A stretch of 45,992 nt of DNA from positions 1 through 45,992 of the forward strand of contig JAZRJC010000043.1 of assembly GCA_045645605.1 (NCBI GenBank). The letters are read 5' to 3'. Position 1 is the stretch's first letter. Each line of letters begins with the position of its first letter. The notes beneath the pieces are model-generated. The model worked only from the letters and a program-made list of their open reading frames with translations. It had not been told where the DNA came from and did not search any database. The translations under genes and the position numbers were made by a program. This DNA comes from Eubacteriales bacterium. GTDB taxonomy: Bacteria > Bacillota > Clostridia > Oscillospirales > CAG-272. This document shows, piece after piece, positions 1 to 7,939 of the stretch.

Positions 1-49
1 CTGATTTGTAATCAGCAGGTTGTTGGTTCGACTCCGATCACCAGCTCCA
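1..49 (+). tRNA. tRNA-Thr(UGU), 3' portion only (5' end lies outside the window)
   Basis: The window opens inside an anticodon stem (ctga/tcag) with the 7-nt loop tttgtaa, giving anticodon TGT. It continues with T arm gttgg-ttcgact-ccgat, the acceptor 3' strand caccagc, discriminator t and an encoded CCA ending at 49. Confidence 0.7.
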
Positions 50-56
50 TTTTTTT

Positions 57-141
57 GGGGGATTTCCCGAGCGGCCAAAGGGGGCAGACTGTAAATCTGT
101 TGTCACTGACTTCGGTGGTCCGAATCCACCATCCCCCACCA
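57..141 (+). tRNA. tRNA-Tyr(GUA), type II (long variable arm), 85 nt, CCA encoded
   Basis: Acceptor gggggat pairs with atccccc. The D arm is ccc-gagcggccaaa-ggg and the anticodon arm is gcaga-ctgtaaa-tctgt (anticodon GTA). There is a long variable arm, T arm ggtgg-tccgaat-ccacc and a terminal ACCA. It is nearly collinear with the E. coli tRNA-Tyr sequence as I remember it. The T-loop carries C where U55 is expected. Confidence 0.85.
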
Positions 142-178
142 AAAAATCCAAGTCTTATGACTTGGATTTTTTCATTTT
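142..178 (+). terminator. Rho-independent terminator after the tRNA pair
   Basis: Stem atccaagtc (146-154), loop ttat, stem gacttggat (159-167), followed by tttttcattttt. Confidence 0.6.
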
Positions 179-207
179 TGCAAAGTTCGCACTAACGTAA
201 TTTTACC

Positions 208-246
208 AAAAAAGGACAGAGGTCTATTTGATCTCTGTCCTTTTTT
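208..246. terminator. Bidirectional hairpin terminator, serving the minus-strand CofE-like gene
   Basis: Stem ggacagag (214-221) pairs with ctctgtcc (233-240). It is flanked by an A6 tract on the 5' side and a T6 tract on the 3' side, and lies just beyond the stop codon at 252-254. Confidence 0.55.
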
Positions 247-251
247 ATTTA

Positions 252-1451
252 TCAGTTAGTGTAATTATCGAAATAACCCTGAACGAGAACTACGGGGGTT
301 CCCTTGTCGCCCGAGCCGCTCGTAAGGTCACAAAGCGAGCCGATAAGGTCGGTCAGCTGACGGGGTGTCGTTCCCTGAGACGCCATATTGCCAACGAGGT
401 TTTCGCCCTTTGCCTTAATGCTCTCGGAAATCGCCTTCTTAAGCTCCTCGCCCGAAAGATCGCGATAATCGTTGTCTGCAAGATATTTGAGCTTCAGCTC
501 GTTAGGTGTGCCTACAAGGCCGTCTGTAAATGCAGGGGATACAACCGGGTCTGCAAGCTCCCAGATCTTACCCTGAGGATCCTTGAATGCACCGTCGCCG
601 TAAACCATAACCTCAACGCGCTTTCCCGTTGCGTCAAAAACCTTCTTCTGAATGTCAAGAACAAGCTCTTGGCATTCCTTCGGGAAAAGCTTAACAGTGC
701 TCTCGGTTGACTTGTTTGAGCCGAGAAGTCCGTATTTTGAATTGAAGCCGCTGCCCTCAACAGACTCGGTCATAATGTCGTCAAGTCCGCAAACCGTCTT
801 TGCTCCGTTTGCCAGAAGAATTCTCTTTGTTCGAGCGCGTGTGTGGATATCACAGTTGATAACGCAGTCCGTGTAGTTAAGAATAGTCTTTGCCTGATTT
901 GCAAAAACAACCTCAACCTCAGCGCCCTCTTCCTTTATGATGCTTGAATAATATTCAACGTAGTCAACGCCTGTGAACTCGTGAACTCCGTAGCCGAAAA
1001 GCTCGCGATAGCGCTCAAGAGTAAGCACGTCGCTATAGGGATTCACTCCCGCCTCGTCGATTTTGTCAATGCTGAGGAGTGCGTTTCCAACCTCGTCTGA
1101 CGGATAGCTTAACATCAACACGATCTTCTTCGCTCCCCTTGCAATTCCGCGAAGGCAGATTGCAAATCTGTTGCGCGAGAGAATCGGGAAAATTACACCG
1201 ACGGTTCCTCCACCGAGCTTTGCGCGAACGTCCTTTGCAATATCGTCAACCGAGCAGTAATTTCCCTGCGCTCTTGCAACGATTGATTCGGTGATAGAAA
1301 TAACGTCACGATCATTTATCGGAAAGCCCTCTATCTCTGCCGCCTCAAGCACGCTGTCCGTTACGATTTTTGCAAGATCGTCCCCTTCTCTTATAATAGG
1401 GCAACGGATACCTCTTGAAGTTGTTCCGACTCTGCGTTCGTTCTGAACCAT
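252..1451 (-). CDS. CofE-like protein (F420-0:gamma-glutamyl ligase family), 399 aa
   Basis: Taken from ORF 252..1484. I start it at ATG 1451 (MVQNERRVG...) because GGAGAGGAAGGG lies just upstream. The N-terminal signature GIRCPIIREGDDLAKIV...VISITESIVARAQGNY and the later YGDGAFKDP segment resemble CofE-family ligases. The assignment is from motif memory only. Confidence 0.65.
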   Translation of the reverse strand: MVQNERRVGTTSRGIRCPIIREGDDLAKIVTDSVLEAAEIEGFPINDRDVISITESIVARAQGNYCSVDDIAKDVRAKLGGGTVGVIFPILSRNRFAICLRGIARGAKKIVLMLSYPSDEVGNALLSIDKIDEAGVNPYSDVLTLERYRELFGYGVHEFTGVDYVEYYSSIIKEEGAEVEVVFANQAKTILNYTDCVINCDIHTRARTKRILLANGAKTVCGLDDIMTESVEGSGFNSKYGLLGSNKSTESTVKLFPKECQELVLDIQKKVFDATGKRVEVMVYGDGAFKDPQGKIWELADPVVSPAFTDGLVGTPNELKLKYLADNDYRDLSGEELKKAISESIKAKGENLVGNMASQGTTPRQLTDLIGSLCDLTSGSGDKGTPVVLVQGYFDNYTN

Positions 1452-1654
1452 TTTAACCCTTCCTCTCCGACATAACGCAGCCAATGGCCGTGCTATGCGA
1501 TAAATAAAATTATTGATTTCATCTCAACTATATTATTTTATCAAAAAGTGCAGAAAAAATCAATATATATTTTGTAAAAAATCAAAAATTTTTTCACCTA
1601 TTATGTTATATATTTCCACTAAAATAATAATCGTCGAAAAAAGGCGTGTTTTTG

Positions 1655-1683
1655 TTGCAATAAGACAAATATTGTGGTATACT
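1655..1683 (+). promoter_or_regulatory. Sigma-70-type promoter for the lipoprotein/AraC block
   Basis: -35 TTGCAA (1655-1660), a 17-nt spacer, then -10 TATACT (1678-1683) preceded by TGg (extended -10). Confidence 0.5.
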
Positions 1684-1713
1684 ATATACAGTTTTCAGAC
1701 GGGAGGTTTTAAT

Positions 1714-4230
1714 ATGAGAAAAATATTGTATATCTTGCCGATTTTATCGCTTTTGATCCTCATACTCGTTTCCTGCTCGGGAGGCGCGCAGAACGCAAAC
1801 GCCATAAGCACTGTAAGCTACAATCCCGAGACCGAAAGAATAGAAATCAAGGCAACTCTTGACAAGGAAACGGCAAAGGAATACCGCCACGAAAACATAT
1901 ATTTAATGGAATTTTTGCCCCACGAAATGGAGGCTGACGTATCGACTCTCGTTCCCGTGTCGCAAGCAAAGGCAGACAGAAAAATGGAATTTTCTCTGCC
2001 CTACAGAACGGATTCGCAAACGAGTCTTTATTCAGGCTTTGCTTTAGCGGTTTTCAACAGAACGAGCGGATACGAGCGTATAACCGAAATCAAGCATATC
2101 GAGAATCCCGAGTCTCTTGCCAAAAGCACCGAAAAATATCCCGAATATCCCTCAATCAAGGGTCTTTACATAGGAACGCTCGCGGAGGTAGAGCCGCTTG
2201 GCGTCCGCCATACCGTCATAAGGGTCAGCATTGACGGGCTTATATCCGACGGAAAGTCTAAAAACGATATCTCCTACTCCTTCAACGGAGATAATTATTT
2301 CTTCAAAAAGGACGAGGTCACAGCGCTCGACTACAAGATAAAGAATCTTACCGAGATGGGAGTCGAGGTCTTTCTCGAATTCACTCTCGACACGCCTCCA
2401 AAGGAGCTTGACTCCACCACGTCAAAAATTGCGGCATCTCCAAATCTCGGACGTCGAGATGACTCTCCCGAGGGCGAGGACAAAACGGAAACGCATTATG
2501 CGATGTCGGTTGATAACGCTGCGGGATATCGCTATCTCGCATCTGCTTTTGAATTTATAGCCGCGCGTTACACAAGAACGGACAAGGAATTCGGCTTTTG
2601 CGGTGCTTTCATTATAGGACACGGAGTCAACAATCACCAGACTCTGAATGCGGATACCGCAAGAACGCTGACCTCCTCTGCCGAGACCTACGCAAGACTT
2701 CTGCGTCTTGCCAAAACCGCCCTTATTTCAAATTATTCAAACGGCAAGGTTTTCATCTCGCTTGACGGAGTCTGGTCCTATTCGGCAGACAAGTCCGCCG
2801 ACGGCGAGAGCACAGGCGCGCTTCCCTCGGCCGAAAGACTCAATTTCGGTGCGGAGGAATATATCTCGGCCGTAGCCGATGCAATAAAGAAGGACGGCAA
2901 TTTTGACTATGGGATTGCCGTGATTCCTCACGCAGCCTACCAAAAAAACGACGTCTGGAACTACAATGCCTCTGATTATCCCGACGGTGAGAAGCACCTG
3001 ACCATCAAGAATTTATCTCTTATAACCGAGCTTTTATCAAGCCCCGAGCTTCTTTTCTCGGAGGAAGAACGCGAGCTTATAATATACGACTACACTATTC
3101 CTCATCTTGAGTCGGAGGGAGCGGACGGAGAGCGTCGCTCGGCATCCTCCTATGCCTACGCTTATTATATGGCGCTTGACGCAGGTGTCTCCGCCTTTAT
3201 ATACAACGGTCAGTGGGACGGAATGTCAGAGGGGCGCGACGGCGGACTTATCTCCGTGACCTCAAGCGAGCGAGCGCACACGCGTAAGATATATGAGGTG
3301 TTTGCCGATATCGACAGATATGAGGCAGGCGTCCCCGACACCTACAAATCACTCCTTTCGGGTACTGATTTTGAGGAAACATATAAGGAAAACAAGAAGG
3401 AAACCGAATACAGAGACGTCGTATCGGGCAAATCAACGGCAAGCAAGCCGAAGGATATCGACGATTACACGATAACTACTCTCTTTGATTTTTCAGACGG
3501 AAAGAAGGGTAATTTTTACCCCTATTCGGGTGCTCTTTTCATAGAAATCGGGGAAAGCGACGCATTTGCGGGCAAAAGCTGCCTTTTTGCCGAGCTTTAT
3601 CCGCTTCATCTCGCTGATAAGGCGGGAGTTGCCGCGAAAATTTCGCCCGAGAGCTTTGCAGGCGGCAAAAAATTAGCACTTTCGCTGAAATCGGAAATTC
3701 CCTCGGGAAACGTAGCGGATATCATTCTCACCCTCTCGCAGAAAATGGGGGAGGAGAGCGTTTTCTATTCCTCGTCGGCAACGATTCAGGCAGGAAATCC
3801 GCAAACGGTATATTTTGACATTTCAGAGCTTGATATGGACGATGAGAACGGCGACGTTACGATGGCAATTCTACTTGTTGCCGACAGTCTGCCCTATCCT
3901 CTGACCGATGAGGAGGGATACACCTCCGGCTTCTCGCTTGAGATATCAGAGGCGTCGGTGCTTGTGTCAGAGGCGTCCTACGTCTGGCTTATCATTCTTA
4001 TCTCTCTTATTCTCCTTTCGGCTATCGGGGTTTTTATCTACTTCTTCGTTCTCGGAAGAAATAACCGCAGTCGTCACGGCAATATGAGAGGCCGGGGCGT
4101 AACGCAAGGACGAGGCACACACGGCGGCAGACCGCCCCAAAGCAGCAATCGACCAAACGTCCCCCGTGCAAACAACGGCCCGGCTCAAAGGCCAACCGGA
4201 AACCCGCCTCACTTCACTCCAAGAGGCTGA
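1714..4230 (+). CDS. Large predicted lipoprotein with a C-terminal TM helix and basic R/G/P-rich tail, 838 aa, function unknown
   Basis: Same frame as ORF 1513..4230. I start it at ATG 1714 because GGGAGG lies at 1701-1706. The N-terminus MRKILYILPILSLLILILVSC is a signal peptide plus lipobox. Near the C-terminus is the hydrophobic helix VWLIILISLILLSAIGVFIYFFVL, followed by RNNRSRHGNMRGRGVTQGRG...PRG. Confidence 0.8.
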   Translation: MRKILYILPILSLLILILVSCSGGAQNANAISTVSYNPETERIEIKATLDKETAKEYRHENIYLMEFLPHEMEADVSTLVPVSQAKADRKMEFSLPYRTDSQTSLYSGFALAVFNRTSGYERITEIKHIENPESLAKSTEKYPEYPSIKGLYIGTLAEVEPLGVRHTVIRVSIDGLISDGKSKNDISYSFNGDNYFFKKDEVTALDYKIKNLTEMGVEVFLEFTLDTPPKELDSTTSKIAASPNLGRRDDSPEGEDKTETHYAMSVDNAAGYRYLASAFEFIAARYTRTDKEFGFCGAFIIGHGVNNHQTLNADTARTLTSSAETYARLLRLAKTALISNYSNGKVFISLDGVWSYSADKSADGESTGALPSAERLNFGAEEYISAVADAIKKDGNFDYGIAVIPHAAYQKNDVWNYNASDYPDGEKHLTIKNLSLITELLSSPELLFSEEERELIIYDYTIPHLESEGADGERRSASSYAYAYYMALDAGVSAFIYNGQWDGMSEGRDGGLISVTSSERAHTRKIYEVFADIDRYEAGVPDTYKSLLSGTDFEETYKENKKETEYRDVVSGKSTASKPKDIDDYTITTLFDFSDGKKGNFYPYSGALFIEIGESDAFAGKSCLFAELYPLHLADKAGVAAKISPESFAGGKKLALSLKSEIPSGNVADIILTLSQKMGEESVFYSSSATIQAGNPQTVYFDISELDMDDENGDVTMAILLVADSLPYPLTDEEGYTSGFSLEISEASVLVSEASYVWLIILISLILLSAIGVFIYFFVLGRNNRSRHGNMRGRGVTQGRGTHGGRPPQSSNRPNVPRANNGPAQRPTGNPPHFTPRG

Positions 4231-4261
4231 TTTGACGATATCTTCTTGAAAGGTACAGTAT

Positions 4262-5077
4262 ATGGATGCAAAATTTGAAATAAAAACCGATGATTTTTAC
4301 TGTCGCTCTCGGCTCGGAGATATAGGAAGTCGTCTTGAATGCTCTCCGCATCTTCATTACTCGATAGAATTTTTCCTTTTGCTTGAGGGGGAAACGACAG
4401 CCTATATCGACTCTGTTGAATATAAGGTGTCGGCGGGCGAGCTTTGTATCGTCTTTCCAAACCAGATACATCAGTTCAAATCGCACCCCGACGAAAAATA
4501 TATTTTAGTTATCGTAAACCCCGATATTTTGCCCGAGGTGGGCGACCTTTTCACAAAAAGCGTTCCCGAATCGCCGATTATCAAATGCGAGGAAACTGCA
4601 GACAAGACAAAGCAGCTCATGCTTGATCTTGTAAGCGTGTCGGCAGGGCCGTACAGGGATATAATCATAAAGGGCCTTCTTCTCTCCTTCTTCGGTCTTG
4701 TTTTCCGCGAAAAGCCTCTCGTTGAGCAAAGGGCGGAAAATTCTCACGCACTCAAAACAGTCGTTAATTATTGCTCAAGAAACTTTTCTCTTGACCTCTC
4801 TCTTGATTTTCTCGAAAATCAGCTTCATATAAGCAAATATTATATCTCGCATCTCTTCAGCCAGACTCTCGGCATACGATTTAACGACTACATAAATTCA
4901 CTCCGCATAACCGACGCCTGCCGTCAGCTAAAAACGACTGACAAAACAGTGACCGAGATCTCGGAATACGTCGGCTTCAACACGCTTCGCACCTTTAACC
5001 GAGCCTTCGCGAAGCAAATAGGTATGTCGCCGAGCGAATACAGAAAGAACGCCATGCAGAAATCTATCTTCGCTTAA
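4262..5077 (+). CDS. AraC family transcriptional regulator (cupin-like N-domain plus AraC HTH), 271 aa
   Basis: The C-terminus reads SKYYISHLFSQTLGIRFNDYINSLRITDACRQL...VTEISEYVGFNTLRTFNRAFAKQIGMSPSEYR, a typical double-HTH AraC signature. The N-terminal half has a cupin-like HxH...FPNQIHQF pattern. Confidence 0.9.
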   Translation: MDAKFEIKTDDFYCRSRLGDIGSRLECSPHLHYSIEFFLLLEGETTAYIDSVEYKVSAGELCIVFPNQIHQFKSHPDEKYILVIVNPDILPEVGDLFTKSVPESPIIKCEETADKTKQLMLDLVSVSAGPYRDIIIKGLLLSFFGLVFREKPLVEQRAENSHALKTVVNYCSRNFSLDLSLDFLENQLHISKYYISHLFSQTLGIRFNDYINSLRITDACRQLKTTDKTVTEISEYVGFNTLRTFNRAFAKQIGMSPSEYRKNAMQKSIFA

Positions 5078-5145
5078 TCAATAGCCGTCTGATATACGTA
5101 AAAACACGAAACAGAAAGAGAAAGGACACTTTTCGGAAAACCCAA

Positions 5146-5673
5146 ATGAGTTATATAAAGAAAACCGAGCACGTCGATCTGCCCGCCGTTATGGAAATTA
5201 TTGATGAAGCAAAGGCCTATATGCGAAAAAGCGGCATCGACCAATGGCAAAGAGGCTATCCGTCGGAGGAAACTATCAAGGAAGACATAAAAACAGGGGA
5301 CGGATATCTGCTCGTCTCAGGTAGATGCGGAATTATCGGAACCTTTTGTCTTACCTTCTCGCACCAGCCCGAATACGACTACGTCGAGGAGGGCGGCTTT
5401 TCGGTCGGCACGTCGGCAGCACTTCACAGAGTTGCCATAAAAAACAGCGAAAAGGGCCGCGGCAGAGCCGCAAAAATCGTAAAATTCGCCGCCGAGGAAT
5501 GCGAAAAGCAGGGGCGGGAATACCTCCGTATCGACACGCACAAGAATAACCTATCCATGCAAAGAATGCTTATAAAAAACGGCTTTTCGCCCGTGGGCTT
5601 TATTTACACGGAATGTATCCGAGACGATATCCACCGCCGAATCGCTTTTGAGATGAAAATAGGAAACAAATGA
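5146..5673 (+). CDS. GNAT family N-acetyltransferase, 175 aa
   Basis: The core LHRVAIKNSEKGRGRAAKIVKFAAEECEKQGREYLRIDTHKNNLSMQRMLIKNGF matches the GNAT motif A/B pattern (R/Q-x-x-G-x-G/A). The stop overlaps the next start as ATGA. Confidence 0.85.
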   Translation: MSYIKKTEHVDLPAVMEIIDEAKAYMRKSGIDQWQRGYPSEETIKEDIKTGDGYLLVSGRCGIIGTFCLTFSHQPEYDYVEEGGFSVGTSAALHRVAIKNSEKGRGRAAKIVKFAAEECEKQGREYLRIDTHKNNLSMQRMLIKNGFSPVGFIYTECIRDDIHRRIAFEMKIGNK

Positions 5674-6557
5674 AAAACGCTTATATAGAGATTACGAACG
5701 TATGCAATCTTAACTGCTCGTTCTGTCCCTCTCACAAAAGAAATAAACGCTTTATGTCGCCCGAGGAATTTGCGAAAATTCTCGAAAAAATTGACGGTCA
5801 GGTTGAAAACGTTTTCCTGCATCTTATGGGAGAGCCTCTCCTGCACCCACGCTTATCCGAAATACTCGATATTGCCGATAAATTTGATATAAGCGTGAAA
5901 ATCACGACGAACGGAACGCTTCTTCATAAAGCCCTTCCGATACTCGTAAAATCAAAAAACCTGAAAACTGTCAGCATCTCGCTCCATTCCTTTGAGGCAA
6001 ACGAGCTGATAGGCGAGGTAAGCTCATTCCACGAATACCTCTCGCTTTGTATTGAGTCGGCAAAGCGTCTTGCCGAGGCGGACAAGTTCGCAGTCCTCCG
6101 CCTCTGGAATCTGACAGACGACGATACCGCCTCCTCCTCAAATAAGGACGTGCTTGAAGCTCTCCATCATGCCTTCCCGTCCGAATGGACTCAAACGCAC
6201 AGAGGCTCAAGGCTCGCTTACCACGTTTTTCTTGAGTGGGGTGAGCGATTTGCGTGGCCCGACCCTATTGCAGAGGAGAAAAAAGAGACAGAATCACTCC
6301 CGTCCGACGAAAAAAAGCCCTTCTGTCACGGTCTGTCCTCTCAAATAGGAATTTTGTGCGACGGCAGAGTCGTCCCCTGCTGTCTTGACAGAAACGGCGA
6401 CATAAATTTAGGAAATATATTTGAATCCTCTCTCTCAGAAATATTGTCATCAGAGAGAGCGACGGCTCTTATCCACGACCTTCAAACAAGGCTTTACCGC
6501 GAGCCGCTTTGCAAGTCCTGCGAATTTTCAAAAAGACGCGAGCATAGCGGAGCTTAA
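5670..6557 (+). CDS. Radical SAM protein with a C-terminal SPASM/twitch-like Cys cluster, 295 aa
   Basis: CxxxCxxC is present as CNLNCSFC near the N-terminus. The C-terminal region reads CHGL...ILCDGRVVPCCLD...LCKSCEF. The start ATG 5670 overlaps the GNAT stop (ATGA). Confidence 0.85.
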   Translation: MKNAYIEITNVCNLNCSFCPSHKRNKRFMSPEEFAKILEKIDGQVENVFLHLMGEPLLHPRLSEILDIADKFDISVKITTNGTLLHKALPILVKSKNLKTVSISLHSFEANELIGEVSSFHEYLSLCIESAKRLAEADKFAVLRLWNLTDDDTASSSNKDVLEALHHAFPSEWTQTHRGSRLAYHVFLEWGERFAWPDPIAEEKKETESLPSDEKKPFCHGLSSQIGILCDGRVVPCCLDRNGDINLGNIFESSLSEILSSERATALIHDLQTRLYREPLCKSCEFSKRREHSGA

Positions 6558-6588
6558 AATAAACGATTACAAAAACGAAAGGACTATT

Positions 6589-7866
6589 ATGCCTGAATTA
6601 TTATCACCTGCCGGAAATTTTGAAAAGCTGAGGGCGGCACTCCTCTACGGTGCTGACGCCGTTTATCTTGCCGGAAATATGTTCGGTATGCGCTCGGCCG
6701 CCGATAATTTTACAAACGAGGAGCTTGCGGACGCTGTCGATTACACACACAAGCTCGGTAAAAAAATGTATCTGACAGTCAACACTATGCCGCGAGGATA
6801 CGAATACCCCATTCTCGAAAAATATCTTTCCGAGATAAAGGACTACGGAATTGACGCGATGATCGTTGCCGACCTCGGAGTTATGGACACAATCAAGCGT
6901 ATTATTCCCGATATGGAGATTCATATATCGACGCAGGCGAGTGCCGTCAGCGCCGCCGCCTGCCGCGCGTACTATAATCTTGGGGCGAAGCGCGTCGTTC
7001 TTGCAAGGGAGCTGACTATTGACGAGATACGCGAGATAAGAGCCGATATTCCGCCCGAGCTTGAGCTTGAGGCTTTTGTACACGGCTCAATGTGCGTCTC
7101 CTACAGCGGCCGCTGTATGCTCTCAAATTACCTGACGGGAAGAGATGCCAACAGAGGCGCCTGCACACAGCCCTGCCGCTGGAATTACAGTATAACCAAT
7201 TACACGGTGACAGAGGAAAAGCGTCCCGATATTCCGCTTCCCATCGAGGAAAACGCGAACGGAACCTTTATTATGGGCTCAAAGGATATGTGTACGGTCA
7301 CTCATATTCCCGAGCTTATGACAAGCGGTATCGACAGCTTCAAAATTGAGGGCAGAATGAAGAGTGCATACTACACGGCGGTCGTAACCAACGCTTACCG
7401 TATGGCAATCGACGAATATAAAAAGAACCCCGACGGATACGTCTTCAACCCCGATATTATGCGAGAGCTTGAGTCTGTCAGCCACCGCGAATACTGCACG
7501 GGCTACTATTTTGACAAGTCAGGCGAGGAAGCAAATCTCTGCAATTTCAACGGATACATTCGCGACAAGGCGTATTTTGCAACCGCCATATCGCCCGACG
7601 AATATGGCTTAAGCTATCCGACCTCTCATCCGATAGAAAATGAGAACGGCCGTCTGTTTGCCTTTATTCAGCGAAATAAGGTATCGGTCGGCAGCTCTGC
7701 CGAGATGATTTCCCCAAATAAAACGGGACAGCCATTCCATATCACCGAGCTTTATGACGAGCGCGGCAACGAGCTTGAGTCAGCGCCCCATCCGTCAATG
7801 CTGTTTTTCGCAAGAGTACCCTTTGAGGTCTCCCCCGGCGACATTATGAGAGCCGGCGAGGAATAA
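6589..7866 (+). CDS. Peptidase U32 family protein (TrhP/RlhA/UbiU-type family), 425 aa
   Basis: Same frame as ORF 6421..7866. I start it at ATG 6589 (GAAAGGA SD), giving MPELLSPAGNFEKLRAALLYGADAVYLAG, a classic U32 N-terminus. The conserved segment E-x-F-x-H-G-x-x-C-x-x-x-S-G-x-C appears as EAFVHGSMCVSYSGRCMLS. Confidence 0.88.
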   Translation: MPELLSPAGNFEKLRAALLYGADAVYLAGNMFGMRSAADNFTNEELADAVDYTHKLGKKMYLTVNTMPRGYEYPILEKYLSEIKDYGIDAMIVADLGVMDTIKRIIPDMEIHISTQASAVSAAACRAYYNLGAKRVVLARELTIDEIREIRADIPPELELEAFVHGSMCVSYSGRCMLSNYLTGRDANRGACTQPCRWNYSITNYTVTEEKRPDIPLPIEENANGTFIMGSKDMCTVTHIPELMTSGIDSFKIEGRMKSAYYTAVVTNAYRMAIDEYKKNPDGYVFNPDIMRELESVSHREYCTGYYFDKSGEEANLCNFNGYIRDKAYFATAISPDEYGLSYPTSHPIENENGRLFAFIQRNKVSVGSSAEMISPNKTGQPFHITELYDERGNELESAPHPSMLFFARVPFEVSPGDIMRAGEE

Positions 7867-7939
7867 CCTCCCCCCGACTGTTGCTTTTTTGTAAATCACT
7901 TTTATACTAGGATAAATTTTTCAGATAAAGAGGCAAAAA

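Noticed and set aside
1513-1713. N-terminal extensions suggested by the ORF track for the lipoprotein (TTG 1513). The same applies to U32 (6421), MltG (17600), MTHFS (19365), HisS (21351), IorB (25630), SecG (30882) and the CofE-like gene (1484).
   Set aside because: In each case an internal ATG is preceded by a good SD and yields a canonical family N-terminus or signal peptide. The extensions cross AT-rich promoter-like DNA or the end of the upstream gene.
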